Source of the DNA: Malacoraja senta
Lineage: Eukaryota
DNA length: 57,127 nucleotides
NCBI GenBank assembly: GCA_038087875.1
Contig: JAXLNO010000173.1
Location: forward strand, 310,001 to 367,127
Direction: 5' to 3'
In this document: positions 1 through 14,105 of the stretch, in pieces
Position numbering within the stretch: position 1 is the stretch's first letter
Layout: each line of letters opens with the position of its first letter
Program-made: the position numbers and the translations under genes
Notes under the pieces: generated by a model
Told to the model about the DNA's origin: nothing
Seen by the model: only the letters and a program-made list of their open reading frames with translations
Databases searched by the model: none

Positions 1-3000
1 GAGTTGGAAAGAGGAGCGAAGACGGGAGTGAGACAGCAAGCGAGCGACTACAGGAGTCTGAGCAGACCCCATCCAACTAGCTTTTATTGTGTCACGATTT
101 CTTTTGAACTAGAAAATAAGTGCTATCGGATGACGTTGGATGATACTACGATGCGTGAAATGGAGTGTTTCACCTCTAGTGAGGGGGCCTCTGGGAGGAG
201 GTTTTCCCCTCTACCTGCCCACGGGGACTCAGGGTGGCAAGGAATCACCCTTACTTGGAATTCAACTGTTTTCTCTTTTTTTTAATTTTCTTTGTTTGAC
301 ACATGTTGTCCAGATGTTCAGACCTGCGCAGTTCCAAGTTATGTGGTGATTTATGAATGCAATGCAAGATTAGGTAAATTAAATGTCACGTAATACTATT
401 AAATTGGTGTCACTCAATGTAAATGGGATGAATAATCCAGTTAAAAGGAGCAAGGTCCTGGCTAAACTGCAAAAAGAAAAGGCTCAGGTATTATTTTTAC
501 AAGAAACCCACCTGCCTCAACAAGAACATGAGAAATTAAAACGCTTTGGTTTTAGAAATGCATTTTATAGTTCCTATAAAACTAGCCAAAAGAGGGGAGT
601 GGCTATCCTTATCACAAATGCAGTCCAATTTGAATGCTATAAAGAAGTCAGGGACAAAGAGGGAAGGTATGTATTAGTTAAAGGAAAGCTGGAAAACAAA
701 GTAGTGACACTGATCAATGTATATGCCCCCCAGAGAGTACCAAATGTTTTTTCAAAACTCTGTTTGACATTATTGCTTTAGAGACTGAAGGTATTTTGAT
801 ATGTGGAGGGGACTTCAATGTGGTTATGAATCATAATTTGGATACAACAAGCCTAAAAAAAAGAAGATGCATCTGACCAAGTTTATTAACACATCAGTGC
901 AGGAAATGGGCCTAATTGATGTTTGGAGAGAACTTCACCCTTTAGAAAGGGACTACACACACTATTCAGTACCTCACCCAGTCTACTCCAGGATTGACTA
1001 CTTTTTAATGAATACGGGTGAAAGCCACAGGATCACAGAGTGTAAAATCGGGGTGGCAGATGTATCTGATCACAGTGCGATAAGCTTGACAGTACACCTG
1101 AATAGTAGAAAAAGAAATACTGTTTGGAGGCTCAATGTGGGTATTTTGAATAATAAGGTCAATGTGGAACAAATAAGGGAAGAGATAAAAAGGTATATAG
1201 AAGAGAATGATAATGGGGATGTGGATCTTGTAATATTGTGGGATGCTATGATGGCAGTTATACGTGGAAAGCTGATCGCCCTGACATCATCACACAAAAA
1301 GGCCCGGCTAGCTACGTATGAACGTAAAATAGAAAAATTTAAAGAACTGGAGAAAAAACATAAAAACATACAGGAGCAGTTGGTACTAAAACAGATTAAG
1401 AAAATAAGGGGGGAGATAGATGAGATGTTCAGGAGAGATATGGAAGAAAAGGCAAGATTTGTAAAGCAGACCTATTATGAAGCAGGTCCAAAAGCAACTA
1501 GACTCCTGGCCAGACGCCTGCGTAAACAGCAGGTCTCCAATACAATTCATAAAATAAGAGATCCTAAAACCAATCAATTATCACATGAGCCAGATGAGAT
1601 AGAAAGAATATTTGAAGTGTACTATAAGAAACTTTATTCTAAACCACCATCAGCTGACGAAAGGACAATGAGAAGTTTTCTTAACTCACTCGACCTGCCA
1701 TCCATTGGTGAGACACAAAATAATACCATTACGTCACAATTTACAGTTAAGGAGCTGGAAGCTGCAATCAGTAGACTTAAGGCTAGTAAATCACCAGGCA
1801 GCGATGGATTTCCACCAGAATTGTACAAGGCCTTTAAGAAAGAGCTAACACCTCTGCTCCTGTCTTGCTTTCACTGGACCCTTAAAGAGGGCAGGGCTCC
1901 CCTATCACGGAAGGAAGCAATTATTACCATTTTACCTAAGGAAGACAAAGACAAAGAGCAATGTAAACATTTCAGGCCAATCTCAATTTTAAATGTAGAC
2001 TACAAACTATTTACCTCAATCATTTGCAAAAGACTCGAGACTTTTGTACCAGATCTGATTAATGAAGACCAAACTGGATTTATTAGGGGGCGTCAAACAC
2101 AGGACAATATTAGATGAACCCTCCACATTGTGGATAATGCTCAAAAAAAGGAAACAAATATGGTCCTGGCCAGTTTAGATGCAGAAAAAGCCTTTGATAG
2201 TGTTAGTTGGGTATTTTTATATGAAGTACTGAGGAGATTTGGTCTCAATGAAGATGCAATTCGGTGTATTAAAACAATATATCAGGAGCCTACAGCTAGG
2301 ATTAAGGTAAATGGAAACCTATCAAAAAGGATCCAGTTGGAGAGGGGCACAAGACAAGGATGCTGTCCTTCTCCTACACTCTTCGTTTTGTATATTGAAC
2401 CCTTAGCACAATAAATAAGGCAGAGAGAAGCCCTGCAGGGGGGTCAAAATAGGGGGGAAAGAACATATCATTGGTCTTTTTGCTGATGATGTCATTATTT
2501 TTCTTGAACGACCAAATCTAATGAACCTATTTGAAACATATGGATACTACTCAGGGTATAAACTGAATATAAACAAAACACAAATTCTTTCATTCAATTA
2601 TTCTCCATCCCAACAAATCACAGACGCATATAATCTGAAATGGAATTCTAAAACGATGCAGTATCTTGGTGTAACTATAACCAAAACACTTTCCAACATG
2701 TTTGAAACTAATTATAACAAAATTGAAGAAAATATCAAAAAGAATGTTGAAAGGTTGTCTACCCTTCCTCTAGACTTCAGTACCAGAATACAAATGGTAA
2801 AAATGAATATCCTATCTAAACTACTATATTTATTCCAATCTCTCCCAATTAATGTTCCCCGAGACAAATTCATAGCCGGGGATAAGATGATCTTGAGATC
2901 CATTTGGAATAGCAAAAAAAGAAGAATAAAATTAACAACACTTCAACTGCCGAAAAGCAATGGTGGAATGGCTTTACCAAATCTGAGGAAATACTTTTAT

Positions 3001-4437
3001 GCAGCTCAACTCAGACCTCTGGCCTGTTGGTGTAGACCTGATTATGAATCTCGATGGAAAGAAATGGAAAGGGAGATACAGGGTTACCAGACCCAGATTT
3101 TGGTGGGAGACAAATATCTGAGAGGGGCTTTGAGACATGTTATGGATCCAATAGTAGCATTTATGTTAGAAATATGGAATGTTATAGTGGAAAAATACAA
3201 ATTAAAAAGAGGGGTTCACGCATTGAAGTGGTTCGCTTATGACTCAAAGTTTAAGCCAAGGATGTATGATTCAAGATTCAAATAATGGGCACAAAAAGGC
3301 ATAACGGCAATGTATACAGTTTCAGAAAATGGCGAGTTTATGAGCTTCCAAGATTTAAATTCAAAGTATGGTCTCAAAAACAAAGATTGTTTTAGATGCT
3401 TGCAATTAAGAGACTACTTTACAAAAGAGATAAGGCCAGAACTAGATGAAACTTCAAATAATGTGATCAAGGTGATTGTGGATGCATACAAACAGAAGGG
3501 GTCTCGGGTGATCTCTGCTTTCTACCAAGCTCTGGTGGGAAGCGGTGGAGAATGCTCTACATAAAAACAAAATGGGAAGCAGAATTAAAAATTCAAATAA
3601 CAGAAGAAGAATGGTATCAAATTTGTGAAACACAATGTACATCCACAAGCTCACTAGTATGGAGAGAATTTAGCTGGAGGAATCTAACTCGCTTTTTTAT
3701 AACACCCAAAATAAAAAGCAGACAACTTGCTGTCCAACAACACTGTTGGAGGCTGTGAGGGAGTACGGAGGCAGACCACTCGCATATTTTCTGGAACTGT
3801 GTAAAGATAAGGCCATATTGGGAAAATGTTAATTCAGTTGTTAAAAATATCTTGGGTTATAAAATCCCAAATACCTGCCCTGACATGTATCTGGGGCACA
3901 TTAAAGATATAGTAAAGATAGAAGATACATATTTGATTAAAGTTTTGCTTGCAGCAAGTAAGAAGGCCATTACCAGGCAGTGGCTTAATGAAAAAGGTCC
4001 AAAACAGGAACAGTGGTTAGAAATTGTGCGAGACATCTTTAATATGGAGAAACTGACATATTCCTTGAGAGTCAAGGAGAATTCATTTGAGAAGATCTGG
4101 GGAAAGTGGACTGTTTATTTGAGACATGACATCAATGAGATAAATGCCAAATTAGATATGGGAAGATTGTGTTCTATAGAATTAGATGGTATGTTTGTGT
4201 GAATATTGAAATATCTCCAGATAACGAACCAATGTAACGTTTTTTTTAGATTTGGTAAGTGAACCACATAGTTTTATTCCATTTTTTTTTAATTTAAATT
4301 TATTTACTTCTTTTTCACCCCTATCTATTTATTTGTTTTATTTGATTGTTGTTTTTCTTATTTTATTTTATTTATGGTGTGCACTGTTTTGTATATATCT
4401 CTGAAAAATCAATAAAAAGTTAACTGAAAAAAAAAGT
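1..4437 (+). mobile_element. L1-clade LINE, decayed: ORF1 tail, spacer, ORF2 (APE endonuclease, RT, Cys-rich C-terminus), 3' UTR and poly(A)
   Basis: ORF1 end (..ERLQESEQTPSN*) to about 80. ORF2 pieces 383-4202 carry [55 protein letters not shown] and FADD (about 2480), broken by frameshifts and stops. T-rich UTR, then AATAAA and an A-tail at 4411-4437. Confidence 0.95.
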
Positions 4438-4444
4438 TAAGGGA

Positions 4445-6945
4445 GCAAACGAAGTTGCAAACTTTACAGCATGCTGCCACGTGGAGAATCAAAGCCCAAA
4501 GTTTTGATAGCATGAAACTTCTTCCTCCATGTCCGATCAACTCATGGATATGTTGTAACAATAACGTTGAATAGTGAAAATCCTTCGAGAGAATAATAGG
4601 ATATTTAGCAATAACGTTCATTGTTAGGTTTTGTTTAATTTCCGGATCATTAGCAGAGATTTCAAATCCCAGCTCAAGTTGGCCATTCTCTGTCTGGCTT
4701 ACAGAGAAACTCTGGTCCATTGATCCATCTCTTATTGCTTAAGAAGCGGTTCGCTGTCAGTCTTCTAGAAGCTTCATCCGCAGAATTGTCTTTTGTGTTA
4801 ACATATTTCCATTGTGAAACATTAGTAGCTCCCAATGCTCTTTCCATTTACAAATTGTCTTTGTCCAAATCCAACTCTCTGGTCTCTTTGGCTCTATCAT
4901 CTGGTGGAATGCTTTCCAATATAACACAACTGTTGCTGATCCACTTTGAAAGTGTGAATCCTTCCTTATTGCAAAGGGAAGTCAGATGTTCTATTTGAAT
5001 TGCTTCCTGCTCAGTAGACATGGAGTTTAAGCAATCATCCACATAGAAATTATTCTTCAAAGTGGTTATCTCTTCCTCTGGAAAGTGAACTTTATTGTCC
5101 TCTGTGGTTTTCTTTAATGCAAAGTTCGCACAACTTGGTGATGACACTGCTCCAAATAAATGTACCTTCATCCGGTATTTGACAAGATCTTGTTGTACAT
5201 CCCCTTCAGGTCACCATAAGAATCGTGGGTAGTCAATGTGATTTTCTGATACTTTAACTTGATGAAACATCGCTCAGATATCAGCCATCAAAGCAATTGG
5301 TTCTCGTCTGAATTTAATGAGAACTCTAATGAGTGAGTTGGTATGGTCTGGACCTTGCAGTAGTTGACAGTTAAGTGACGTTTCTTTGAAGACTGCGGCA
5401 CATTCAAAGACCACCCTCAAGGTCACTTTCTTCGAGTGATACACTCCATGGTGCGGAATGTACCATATCTCCATACTTGTAATGTAATGACTAATGCACT
5501 CCTTCTCTTCATTCATGGTATGCAATCAAATCTCAATCTCTTCTCCTGTGATGTCCAGCCTTCTCATCAAGCCCTCTGTGCAAAAGGTAGCCGAACTTCC
5601 GTGATCCAAAAATGCATATGTTTGCAACACTGTATTCATCTTGCTATTCCTTACCTGTACTGGTAAGAGAAGATACAGGCTTCTACCCCGGCCCCAATAT
5701 GAGCAGTTATTGGGTGACAGCTTCACTAGTAGCTGGCTTCTCCTTCTGTTCTATTTGCTCCGGCTTCTTCTTTACAGTGCGAAGTATTTCAGGATGATTG
5801 TGCTTGCACTTATCACAAATTATAGGACTCTTACGGTTTTTAACCATGTGTCCTTTTTTCAAACATCCAAAACAGATTCCCATCTCTTTTAAGAAATCCA
5901 CCCTTTCTTTATATTCCTTCTTTTTGAATCTTCGACACCATCTCATGGTGTGACCAACTTCATCACATAACAAACAAAATATGTTTTGCTTGATAGTAGA
6001 TACATCTCCTTTCATTCCACCTGTCATTTCCACGGGTATTATAGTGGTAGCAAAACTGCCTCCCTGAGGTCCTGATCTTCCTTTAGTTTGGTAAAGGTAG
6101 AAACTTTGACAGTTGCAATTGGTATATGATCTTCAATACCCCTGTGGTGTGGATCTAACATGTACCGTACTTGCTTTTCCAAGAAATCCACCAGGTCTGG
6201 TAACATGGCTACTCGATTCTTCTTATCCAATATTCGGCCTGCTTTATCTCTCCACTTTTCTCTAAGTCGTCTGGGCAGTTTTTGAATTATGGCTCTAGTA
6301 TTAATAACAAGATTCAGATTTTCCATCAAGCTACAACAACCTCTAAGAAATATTGCATGATCACGTAATGCCTCCATATCTTCTGGCTTGATATCTTTCC
6401 AAGCCTAGGCCTTCTCCATGTATGCATTAGCAAACCTCAGTTTGTTACCAAAACGTTCCTTAAGTAACCTTCTTCCCTCTTGATAGCCTTGGCTGTCAGG
6501 CTTATTTTGACAACTTTCTACAAGTATCTTAGCACTTGCGCTTGTGTAATGCACCAGAAATCGTAAGCGCTCTTTTTCATCAGTAATTTTCATTTCTACT
6601 ACTTCGTCAATGCCATTATGAAAGCTTCATACCGCAAAGGATCACCATTATATGTAGGAATTTCTATTGGTGGTGGGGTGAAAGAGAGATTTTCTTGAGC
6701 AATGAGCTTGTTGAATTCAGCTTGCCTATTCGCCAATGCAAAGAATCCATCCTGAGATCCTTGGCTTGGAGCAAACGGATGATAGACAGGTCTCTGATAA
6801 TAATACTGGCTTGCTCGAGCCTGCAAATCAGGCCTCGGAAAAGCGTACTGAGCTGTTGGTTTGTCCCAAGCCTCTGTAGACGGCCCATAAGTAGTTTGCT
6901 TCAGTCTAGCACCCAGTTGCTGAAGTTTTGTCCATCTTTGGCAAC
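4445..6945 (-). mobile_element. BEL/Pao LTR retrotransposon internal fragment (gag, protease, RT, integrase remnants), decayed with deletions
   Basis: Minus-strand ORFs: PTYNGDPLRYEAF (gag), Cys/His knuckles, YAFLDHGSSATF (protease), [24 protein letters not shown] and HLFGAVSSPSCANFAL..NFYVDD (Pao RT), HELIGHGG..CC (integrase Zn finger). No LTRs seen. Confidence 0.9.
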
Positions 6946-7494
6946 GTGCTAGTTCTGACAGACATGGGGGTGCACGTACACAGTTCCATGAAGGTGGCCT
7001 CATGGCCCCGGGTTGACAGGGTGGTGCAGAAAGCTTTTGGCAGGCTTGCCTTCATCAGTCATGGTATTGAGCAGAGGAGTTGGGACATCACCTTACAGTT
7101 CCCCGGGCGTTGATGCATCCTTTCCCTGAACGCCCTCGAGAAGAAAAGTAAAACTGTCCGGCTGCTGGAAATATGACATTCAAACATCAACGCTGTAAAA
7201 TTTTGCAGGACGGATTTTTCCATAAATTTGAATTAAGTTTCCAATCCGTGAAATGCGACTGAAAAGGAAAATGTATTGTTTTAACAAAGAATATCCCTTT
7301 GGTATACCCTGGACACTTCAACAAAAGTAGGGTTCGTGTGAGCCAAGTGATTGGTCGAACCAAGTCCTTCTCATCAAATGTTCAGATATTAATGAGTGAG
7401 GGTGTTCCAATCCTTCGGTTGGTAATTGGTTCTGCACTTCTGCAGCCACAATCGCGGAATCACTGACTTTGTGACATTATGTGAGTGGGTGGAC

Positions 7495-7686
7495 AATAGA
7501 CAATATACAATAGGTGCAGGAGTAGGCCAATCGGCCATTCAATATGTTCATGGCTGATCAACCCCAATCAGTACCCCGTTCTCCCCATATCCCCTGACTC
7601 CGCTATCTGTAAGAACCATATCTAGCTCTCTCTTGAAAATATCCAGAGAACTGGCTTCCACCGCCCTCTGAAGCAGAGAATTCCAC
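7495..7686 (-). mobile_element. CR1 LINE 3' end fragment
   Basis: WNSLLQRAVEA..FKRELD motif plus (CTATTGT)n tail on the minus strand; same family as 13705-14105. Confidence 0.85.
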
Positions 7687-8133
7687 ATGGAAATGGAGGC
7701 AGAGAACTGGTGAATCTGAGGGGAAAAAAATAGTGCAGCAAGGAAATGAGTGTGGTAGGGATCCAATAGAAATACGTAGAAACAAAGAGGAATGTCTGGG
7801 AACTTTGTTTAGACTTCCAGAGAAAGGATGCTTTCGGCACAGTTCCGATATTCTGCAGTGAAAACGCACGAAGTACACAAAAGGGCGACGCAACAATAAG
7901 CGTTTGTGCGTGAGAGATTGATTGGATGTTTTAATAAACTTATTTTATCGAGGTTGTGCCAGATATGTACTGCGTGCACAATGCAACTTGCACAATTTAC
8001 ACCAGCGAAATTTGTCGGGTGTGGTCAGGGCCGGATTCACGTATAAGCTTGACAAGCTTAAGCTTAGGGCCTCGAGATCTAGGGGGGCCTCGCAGAGCCA
8101 AGGCATGACACCTGCCGTTCAACTCTGGGCGGG

Positions 8134-8140
<7 letters not shown>

Positions 8141-8184
<44 letters not shown>
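8141..8184 (+). repeat. (CT)n microsatellite
   Basis: Direct reading. Confidence 0.95.
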
Positions 8185-8187
<3 letters not shown>

Positions 8188-9251
8188 ACTCTCCGTCTCT
8201 GCCCGCCATCCGTATCCATGTCCGGGCCGCCGGGTCTCTGCTCTCCCCTCGCTCCTCATCCGCCGGCACGGCAGGCTGCCTTGCACGTGCGCACTGCTAC
8301 GGCCAGCACATATTCCCCCTACACATGCGCACAACCACGGCCAGCACATCATCGGCCGCCCTGCGCATGCGCACTGCCACGGCAACTGGTCGGCGCTGGG
8401 CACTTTCTCCCTCGCTTTGAATTGTGGGAGATCTGGCCGCCATTGCTGTCCGGTCGCCGCCTCGCCGCGACCGCTGAAAACCAACGCAGAATCACTCCCT
8501 GGAGCTGGAGTAACTCCCTGGAGTAACTTGCTTCTAGTTTCCTGGTCCTCCATAAATATTCTAAATGGAATTTAAACTGGAGGGCTGAACAATAACAGCC
8601 TATTGCATTTTATCTGTTTATTTATTGTGTATATATATGGTCTATGGTATATAAGCACACTGAACTTTTATCTCCTGTTCTGTATTATGTTCACACATTC
8701 TGTTGTGCTGCAGCAAGCAAGAATTTCATTGTCCTATCTGGGACACATGACAATAAAACTCTTGACTCTTGACTTGGACTTCAGCAAAAAAGGGTTCTTG
8801 GGGAAAAAAGAGGTACCTTAAATTTAGTTGCGTCTGGTTGGGTAACTATGGTAGGGTGAAGACTATTCCATGCTTTAATTGTGCGGGGGAACTCCATGGA
8901 GCAGGCAGCAACTCAGGATAGAAGAAATTGAGTGACGTTTCGGGTAGAGACCCTTCTTTTGACTCCCTCTGGTTTTAGTGTCTTTAGTTTAATTTAAAGA
9001 TACAGCATGGAAACAGGCCCTTTGGCCCACCAAGCCCATGCTGACGACCGATCACCCGTACACTAGTTCTATCCCACACATTAGCGGAGTAAGTCAAGAG
9101 TCAAGGGTGTTTTATTCTCTCACGTCCCAGTTAGAACAATGAAATCCTTACTTGCAGCAGCACAACAGAATATGTAAACATAGTACTCTGTAAACAATGT
9201 TATAAACGAGAAAACAAAACGGTGTATATTTATATATGAATATATAACTAT

Positions 9252-9403
<152 letters not shown>

Positions 9404-9594
9404 TATATACCCCCACAAACACACAATTTCCCTCCCGGGATTAACAAAGTTCTATCGTATAGTGTTGTGTGTGTAGAAAGGAACTGCAGATGGTGGTATA
9501 AACTAAAGATAGACACAAAAAGCAGGAGTAACTCAACAGGTCAGACAGAATCTCTGGACAAAAAGAAAATATAACTTTTTGGGTTTGGTCTGAA

Positions 9595-9775
9595 ATAGGT
9601 TCCTGCACACCTTTGGAATGTGGAAGGAAATAAGAGCACCCGGAGAAAACCCATGCGATCAAAGAGAAAAGGAGGAAACTCTATACAGACAGCACCCATA
9701 TTCAGGATCAATTCCGGGTCTCTGGCACTTTTAGGCAGCAACTTTATGGCCAATGTACTGCCCCATAGTCTTGAA
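9595..9775 (-). mobile_element. V-SINE (HE1-like, tRNA-derived), decayed
   Basis: Reverse complement gives tRNA-like head ..GTTGCTGCCT..GCCAGAGACCCGG and V-domain CTGTCTGTATAGAGTTT..GGGTTTTCTCCGGGTGCTC. Confidence 0.75.
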
Positions 9776-9911
9776 CTTGATTAAAACATACAGTAGCTGT
9801 AAAGGGGGACAGAGCATCACTTGGAGATTTAAAACTGAAAATGGATATATATATTTTTTTAGTAACCAAAGTTATCAACGTATAATTTTTTGTGTGTTGC
9901 AAAACAAAATA

Positions 9912-10140
9912 TAGTGGCACAGCTGGTAGAGTTGCTGCCTCACACGCCAGAGATCTGTGTTCGATCCTGTCCTCGGGCACTGTCTGTGTTGAATTTGCAC
10001 ATTCTCCCTGAAAGCATGTGGGGTTTCTCCCACATCCCAAAGACGCATTGGCTTTGTAGGTTAACTTGTCTCTGTAAAATTGCCCCAAATGTGTAGGGAG
10101 TGGGTGAGGAAAGTGGGATAACAGAACTTATGTGAATGGG
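9912..10140 (+). mobile_element. V-SINE (HE1-like)
   Basis: A/B-box-like head GTGGCACAGCTGGTAGAG..GTTCGATCC followed by V-domain CTGTCTGTGTTGAATTTGCACATTCTCCC. Confidence 0.8.
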
Positions 10141-11300
10141 TAGACAAAAATGCTGGAGAAACTCAGCGAGTGAGGCAGCATCTATGGAGCGAAGGAAATA
10201 GGCGACGTTTCGGGTTGAGACCCTTCTTCAGACTGATGTGAGGGTGGGGAAGAAAGGGAGAGGTGGAGACAGTGGGCTGAGGGAGAGCTGTGAAAGGGAG
10301 GAGAAGCAGGGATTACCTGAAATTGAAGAAGTCAATGTTCATACCGCTGGGGTGTAAACTGCCCAAGCAAAATATGAGGTGCTGCTCCTCCAATTTACAG
10401 TGGGCCTCACTCTGGCCATGCAAAAGGCCCAGGACAGAAAGGTCGGTTTTCGGAATGGGGGGGGGAGTTGAAGTGCTGAGTTACCAGGAAATCAGCTTGG
10501 TTATTGCAGACCGAGTGGAGGTGTTGGGCGAAGCGATCACCAAGCCTACGCTTGGTCTCACCGATGTAGAGCAGCTGACACCCAGAGCAGTGGATGCAAT
10601 AGATGAGTTTGGAGGAGGTGCAGGTGAACCTCTGCCGCACCTGGACAGACTGCTTGGGTCCTTGAATGGAGTCAAGGGCAGAGGGAAAGCGACAAGTGTA
10701 GCATTTCCTGCGGTTGCAAGGGAAAGTGCCAGGAGAGGTGGTGGTTTGGGTGGGAAGGGACGAATTGACCAGGGAGTTACGGAGGGAGCGGTCTCTGCGG
10801 AAAGCCAACAGGGGAGGAGACGGGAAGATGTGGCCAGCTGTGGTATCCCATTGGTAGACAAAAAAGCTGGAGAAAATAAGTGGGTAAGGCAGCATCTGTG
10901 GAGCGAAGGAATACATGACGTATCGGGTCGAGACCCTTCTTCAGATTGATGTCGGAGGGGTGGGGGGGGGGGCACACAAAAAAGAAAGTAAGAGGCAGAG
11001 ACAGTAGGCTGTGGGAGAGCTGGGAATTGGAGGGGAAGGAGGGATAAAGCAAGGACTATCTGAAATTAGAGAAGCCAATGTTCATACCGCTGGGGTGTAA
11101 ACTACCCAGGCAAATATCTGCTCCTCCAATGTGAGGTGGGCCTCACTCTGGCCATGGAGGAGGCCCAGGACAGAAAGGTCAGATTCTGAATGGGAAGGGG
11201 AGTTGAAGTGTTGATGCACCGGGAGATCAAGTTGGTTATTGCGAACTGAGTGGAGGTGTTGTGCGAAGCGATCGCCAAGCCTGTGCTTGGACTCAATGAG
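10141..11300 (-). mobile_element. Penelope-like element (Neptune type), partial tandem 3' fragments with GIY-YIG endonuclease and pseudo-LTR repeats
   Basis: ORF 10407-10916 has the CNRRKCYTC linker then LIYCIHC..LYIGETKRRLGDRFAQH (GIY-YIG). The endonuclease end and 3' terminal repeat occur twice in tandem. Confidence 0.9.
10204..10231 (-). ncRNA. Minimal hammerhead ribozyme core in a Penelope terminal repeat
   Basis: Reverse complement CTGAAGA-AGGG-TCTCAA-CCC-GAAA-C-GTC matches CUGANGA / stem II / GAAA / NUH; hammerheads in Penelope pseudo-LTRs are established. Activity untested. Confidence 0.7.
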
Positions 11301-12215
11301 GTTGATCATACGCTGAATAATCCAAGCACATTATTGTTTGGAAGTGGAAAGAAATAATAGAAATTGTATTCATTGCAATGTGTAAAAAGAGTTGAGATAC
11401 TGTATTATAATTTTGCTGCATGTCATTGTGGCATATATCATGTCTTGATTGGTGAATATGTTTAGTTTGTGACTTAATTTGAAGCAGAAATAATATGTGA
11501 ATGCTTCATTGAGCATAATTCCGACTGGTAACTACGCAATTCGTTCGAGCACATTTTCGCACTCGTCATTCAAGCTGTCTTAAATGACCACCTAAACTGT
11601 CATTTGGCAACTTAAAAAGCTGCCACGGTTGCCCGGCTGACAACAGAGAAAATAAATTAAGTGAGAGCCCTGCAAGGTGTATAGTATTTTTGACACTGTC
11701 AAAGGCCTTTCTTACATATGCTGTCACAACGCACTGTAGTCTCTAAACAACCCTTCAGTAATTTCCCTTGCCCTCTATTTCAGAATAATAGTGTTTTAAG
11801 CCAATAACTAGACACTAGCACTGGCAATAAACAAATAAATAAATAAATAAAGCGCAGCTTTCCAGCCCCTTTTCTCATTGGCCACGCTCGGCTGCAAATC
11901 GGTGTCAATCCGGTGAACCATCTTCATCTAGTCGTGGGGCGGGGGGGGGGGGGGGGGGTTGGGAGGGGCCTCACAAGTGGAACAGCTTAGGGCCTCTCTT
12001 CATCTAAATCCGGCCCAGGGTCTGGTGCCAAAAACATTCCACCGACATTGAATAAACAGGGCGGGGGAGGGAGGTAGAGAAAAATATCATCGGTGGAGAC
12101 CAGACTGGAACACTGCTGATCATAGCGCCATCTTTGAGTTCCACCTCCATAGGAATCATCTTTAGATAATTCTTACAGTTTTTTCTAATGCTACCGTGCT
12201 TCATATCTTTCTCAG

Positions 12216-12527
12216 ATCCCATAGTGCCACGATTGGTATCCAAAGATGACCCGTGCTCGGGAAGACTGGAGATGCGATATGGTGAAACCTGGGGAACCGT
12301 GTGCGACCTGCACTGGGATATGGATGATGCCAACGTGGTGTGCAATGCGCTTCAATGCGGAGTCGCTGTATCTGTGCTGGGAGGGGCTTATTTCGGAGAG
12401 GGAACTGGGATTGTGCGGAACGATGTCTTTGGATGTCAGGGTAATGAGTCAAGCCTTTTGCACTGCCCCCGTTCTTCAGGAACTCGTCATTGCAACCACG
12501 GGAATGATGTCGGTGTGATCTGTTCTG
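12216..12527 (+). CDS. SRCR receptor (CD163/WC1/SCART-like): first SRCR domain exon in the window
   Basis: ttctcAG|..TCTG|GTGAGT, 312 nt, phase 1-1; PRLV..CSGRLE..WGTVCD..W..DANVVC..LQCG..FGEG..C.GNES.L..C..C.H..DVGVICS, 8 Cys. Confidence 0.95.
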
Positions 12528-13704
12528 GTGAGTGCCGCCTTTGAGGGAAATATTTTTAACCTCAATTGCACTTGGAAACAGAGATCAGTTGTTGCCGTTT
12601 ATTTTAAGAAGGGCTTATAAAAATGCTTCAATACAATTCAGTGCCATGCCATTTTGATGCGATAAGTTTCTCAATGTGGAGTGAGGAAGGGGGATATTAA
12701 GAATACCTACTTTAGGTGACTTCCATGCGCGGCAACATCAATCCGCCAGCAAATCCGGACAGATCTGCTAATTGATAAAAATTAATGTGGAACAATTCAA
12801 GTTGATTGTGAACAAATGTACCCCTGCATTGAATCTCAGTGTTGTGAGTGGAGAGTTTGGTGTTAAAAGAGCAGCCATGACCGGCTGTAGAGGTGAGGGA
12901 GTCTCACACAAACGTACTGACGATGATGCTGGCGACGAGGACATTACTGACGATGAAACACTGTAAAACACATAGAAAGGGATGCAAGAACGATGCATGA
13001 GGATAAAACATCGGATTTATCCTGAGATTTCTTAACTTGGTTCGGAATGAATTTTGGTCATGCAGCATTTTTATAAAAACTGAAAGGTTTCGGAATGAAA
13101 ACGTCGTCCATCAATTCTTCCACAGATGCTGCTCGACCCGCTGAATCACTCCCACACTTTGATTTTTGCACTGGGTCAAGTGTAGTTTTTTTACAATTCT
13201 TGAGAGAAGATGTTCTTGCCTCCTGTATAACGTTATGTCTCAACCAAAGGCCGTCATGGTAGTGAAACATCCGAAGCCATCAGTATTCCAGACGGGATCT
13301 CAACAGACTTCATGGAAACAAGGAACTGCAGATGCTGTTTTTTGTTAAGGCACAAAGTGCAGGAGTAACTCAACGGGGTTGGCAGCATCCCCGAAGAACA
13401 TGGATAGGTTAAATTTCAAGTCGGGACCCTTCTTCAGACTGTTTATGGGGTGGGAGGGGGGCAGGGGGTAGTGGGTGGGAATTCTTTGGGTCTCTGATCG
13501 AGGAAAATCCGGAGAGCCTTGAGACCTTCCTGGTGAGGGAGATGTGAAGGGACCTGACCTGCACGGTAAAGATAGGACATAGGACATTTATTGTCACATA
13601 CACCAGTTGGTGTAGTGAAATTTGAGTTGCCATTGCAGCACACAAATAAGATAAACATAACACTATGGAATTTAACATTAAACATAAAAGACATCCCCCC
13701 CACA

Positions 13705-14105
13705 TGGGGATCTCATTGAAACATATAAGATTGTTAAGGGTTTGGACACACTAGAGGCAGGAAACGTGTTCCCGATGTTGGGGGAGTCCAGAACCAAGGG
13801 CCACAGTTTAAGAATAAGGAGTAAGCCATTTAGAACGGAGACGAGGAAACACTTTTTCTCACAGTGAGTTGTGAGTCTGTGGAATTCTCTGCCTCAGATG
13901 GCGATGGAGGCGGGTTCTCTGGATGCTTTGAAGAGAGAGCTGGATAGGGCTCTTAAAAATAGCGGAGTCAGGGGATATGGGGAGAAGGCAGGAACGGGGT
14001 ACTGATTGGGGATGATCAGCCATGATCACATTGAATGGCGGTGCTGGCTCGAAGGGCCGAATGGTCTGCTCCTGCACCTATTGTGTATTGTCTATTGACT
14101 ATTGA
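13705..14105 (+). mobile_element. CR1 LINE 3' end (intronic)
   Basis: GDLIETYK..TRGHSL..FFSQ.VV.LWNSLP, followed by the 3' UTR and CTATTG tail. Confidence 0.9.

Noticed and set aside
7922..8575. 217-aa and overlapping ORFs
   Set aside because: They run through a (CT)n microsatellite and the GC-rich interior of the hAT shell; no domain or splice support.
9912..9990. tRNA-like sequence (also at 33490-33556 and 48234-48285)
   Set aside because: SINE heads, followed by the V-domain where intact; no complete cloverleaf.
12772..12966. Acidic ORF (..TDDDAGDEDITDDETL*) in the first SRCR intron as an alternative terminal exon
   Set aside because: No convincing in-phase acceptor and no recognisable homology.
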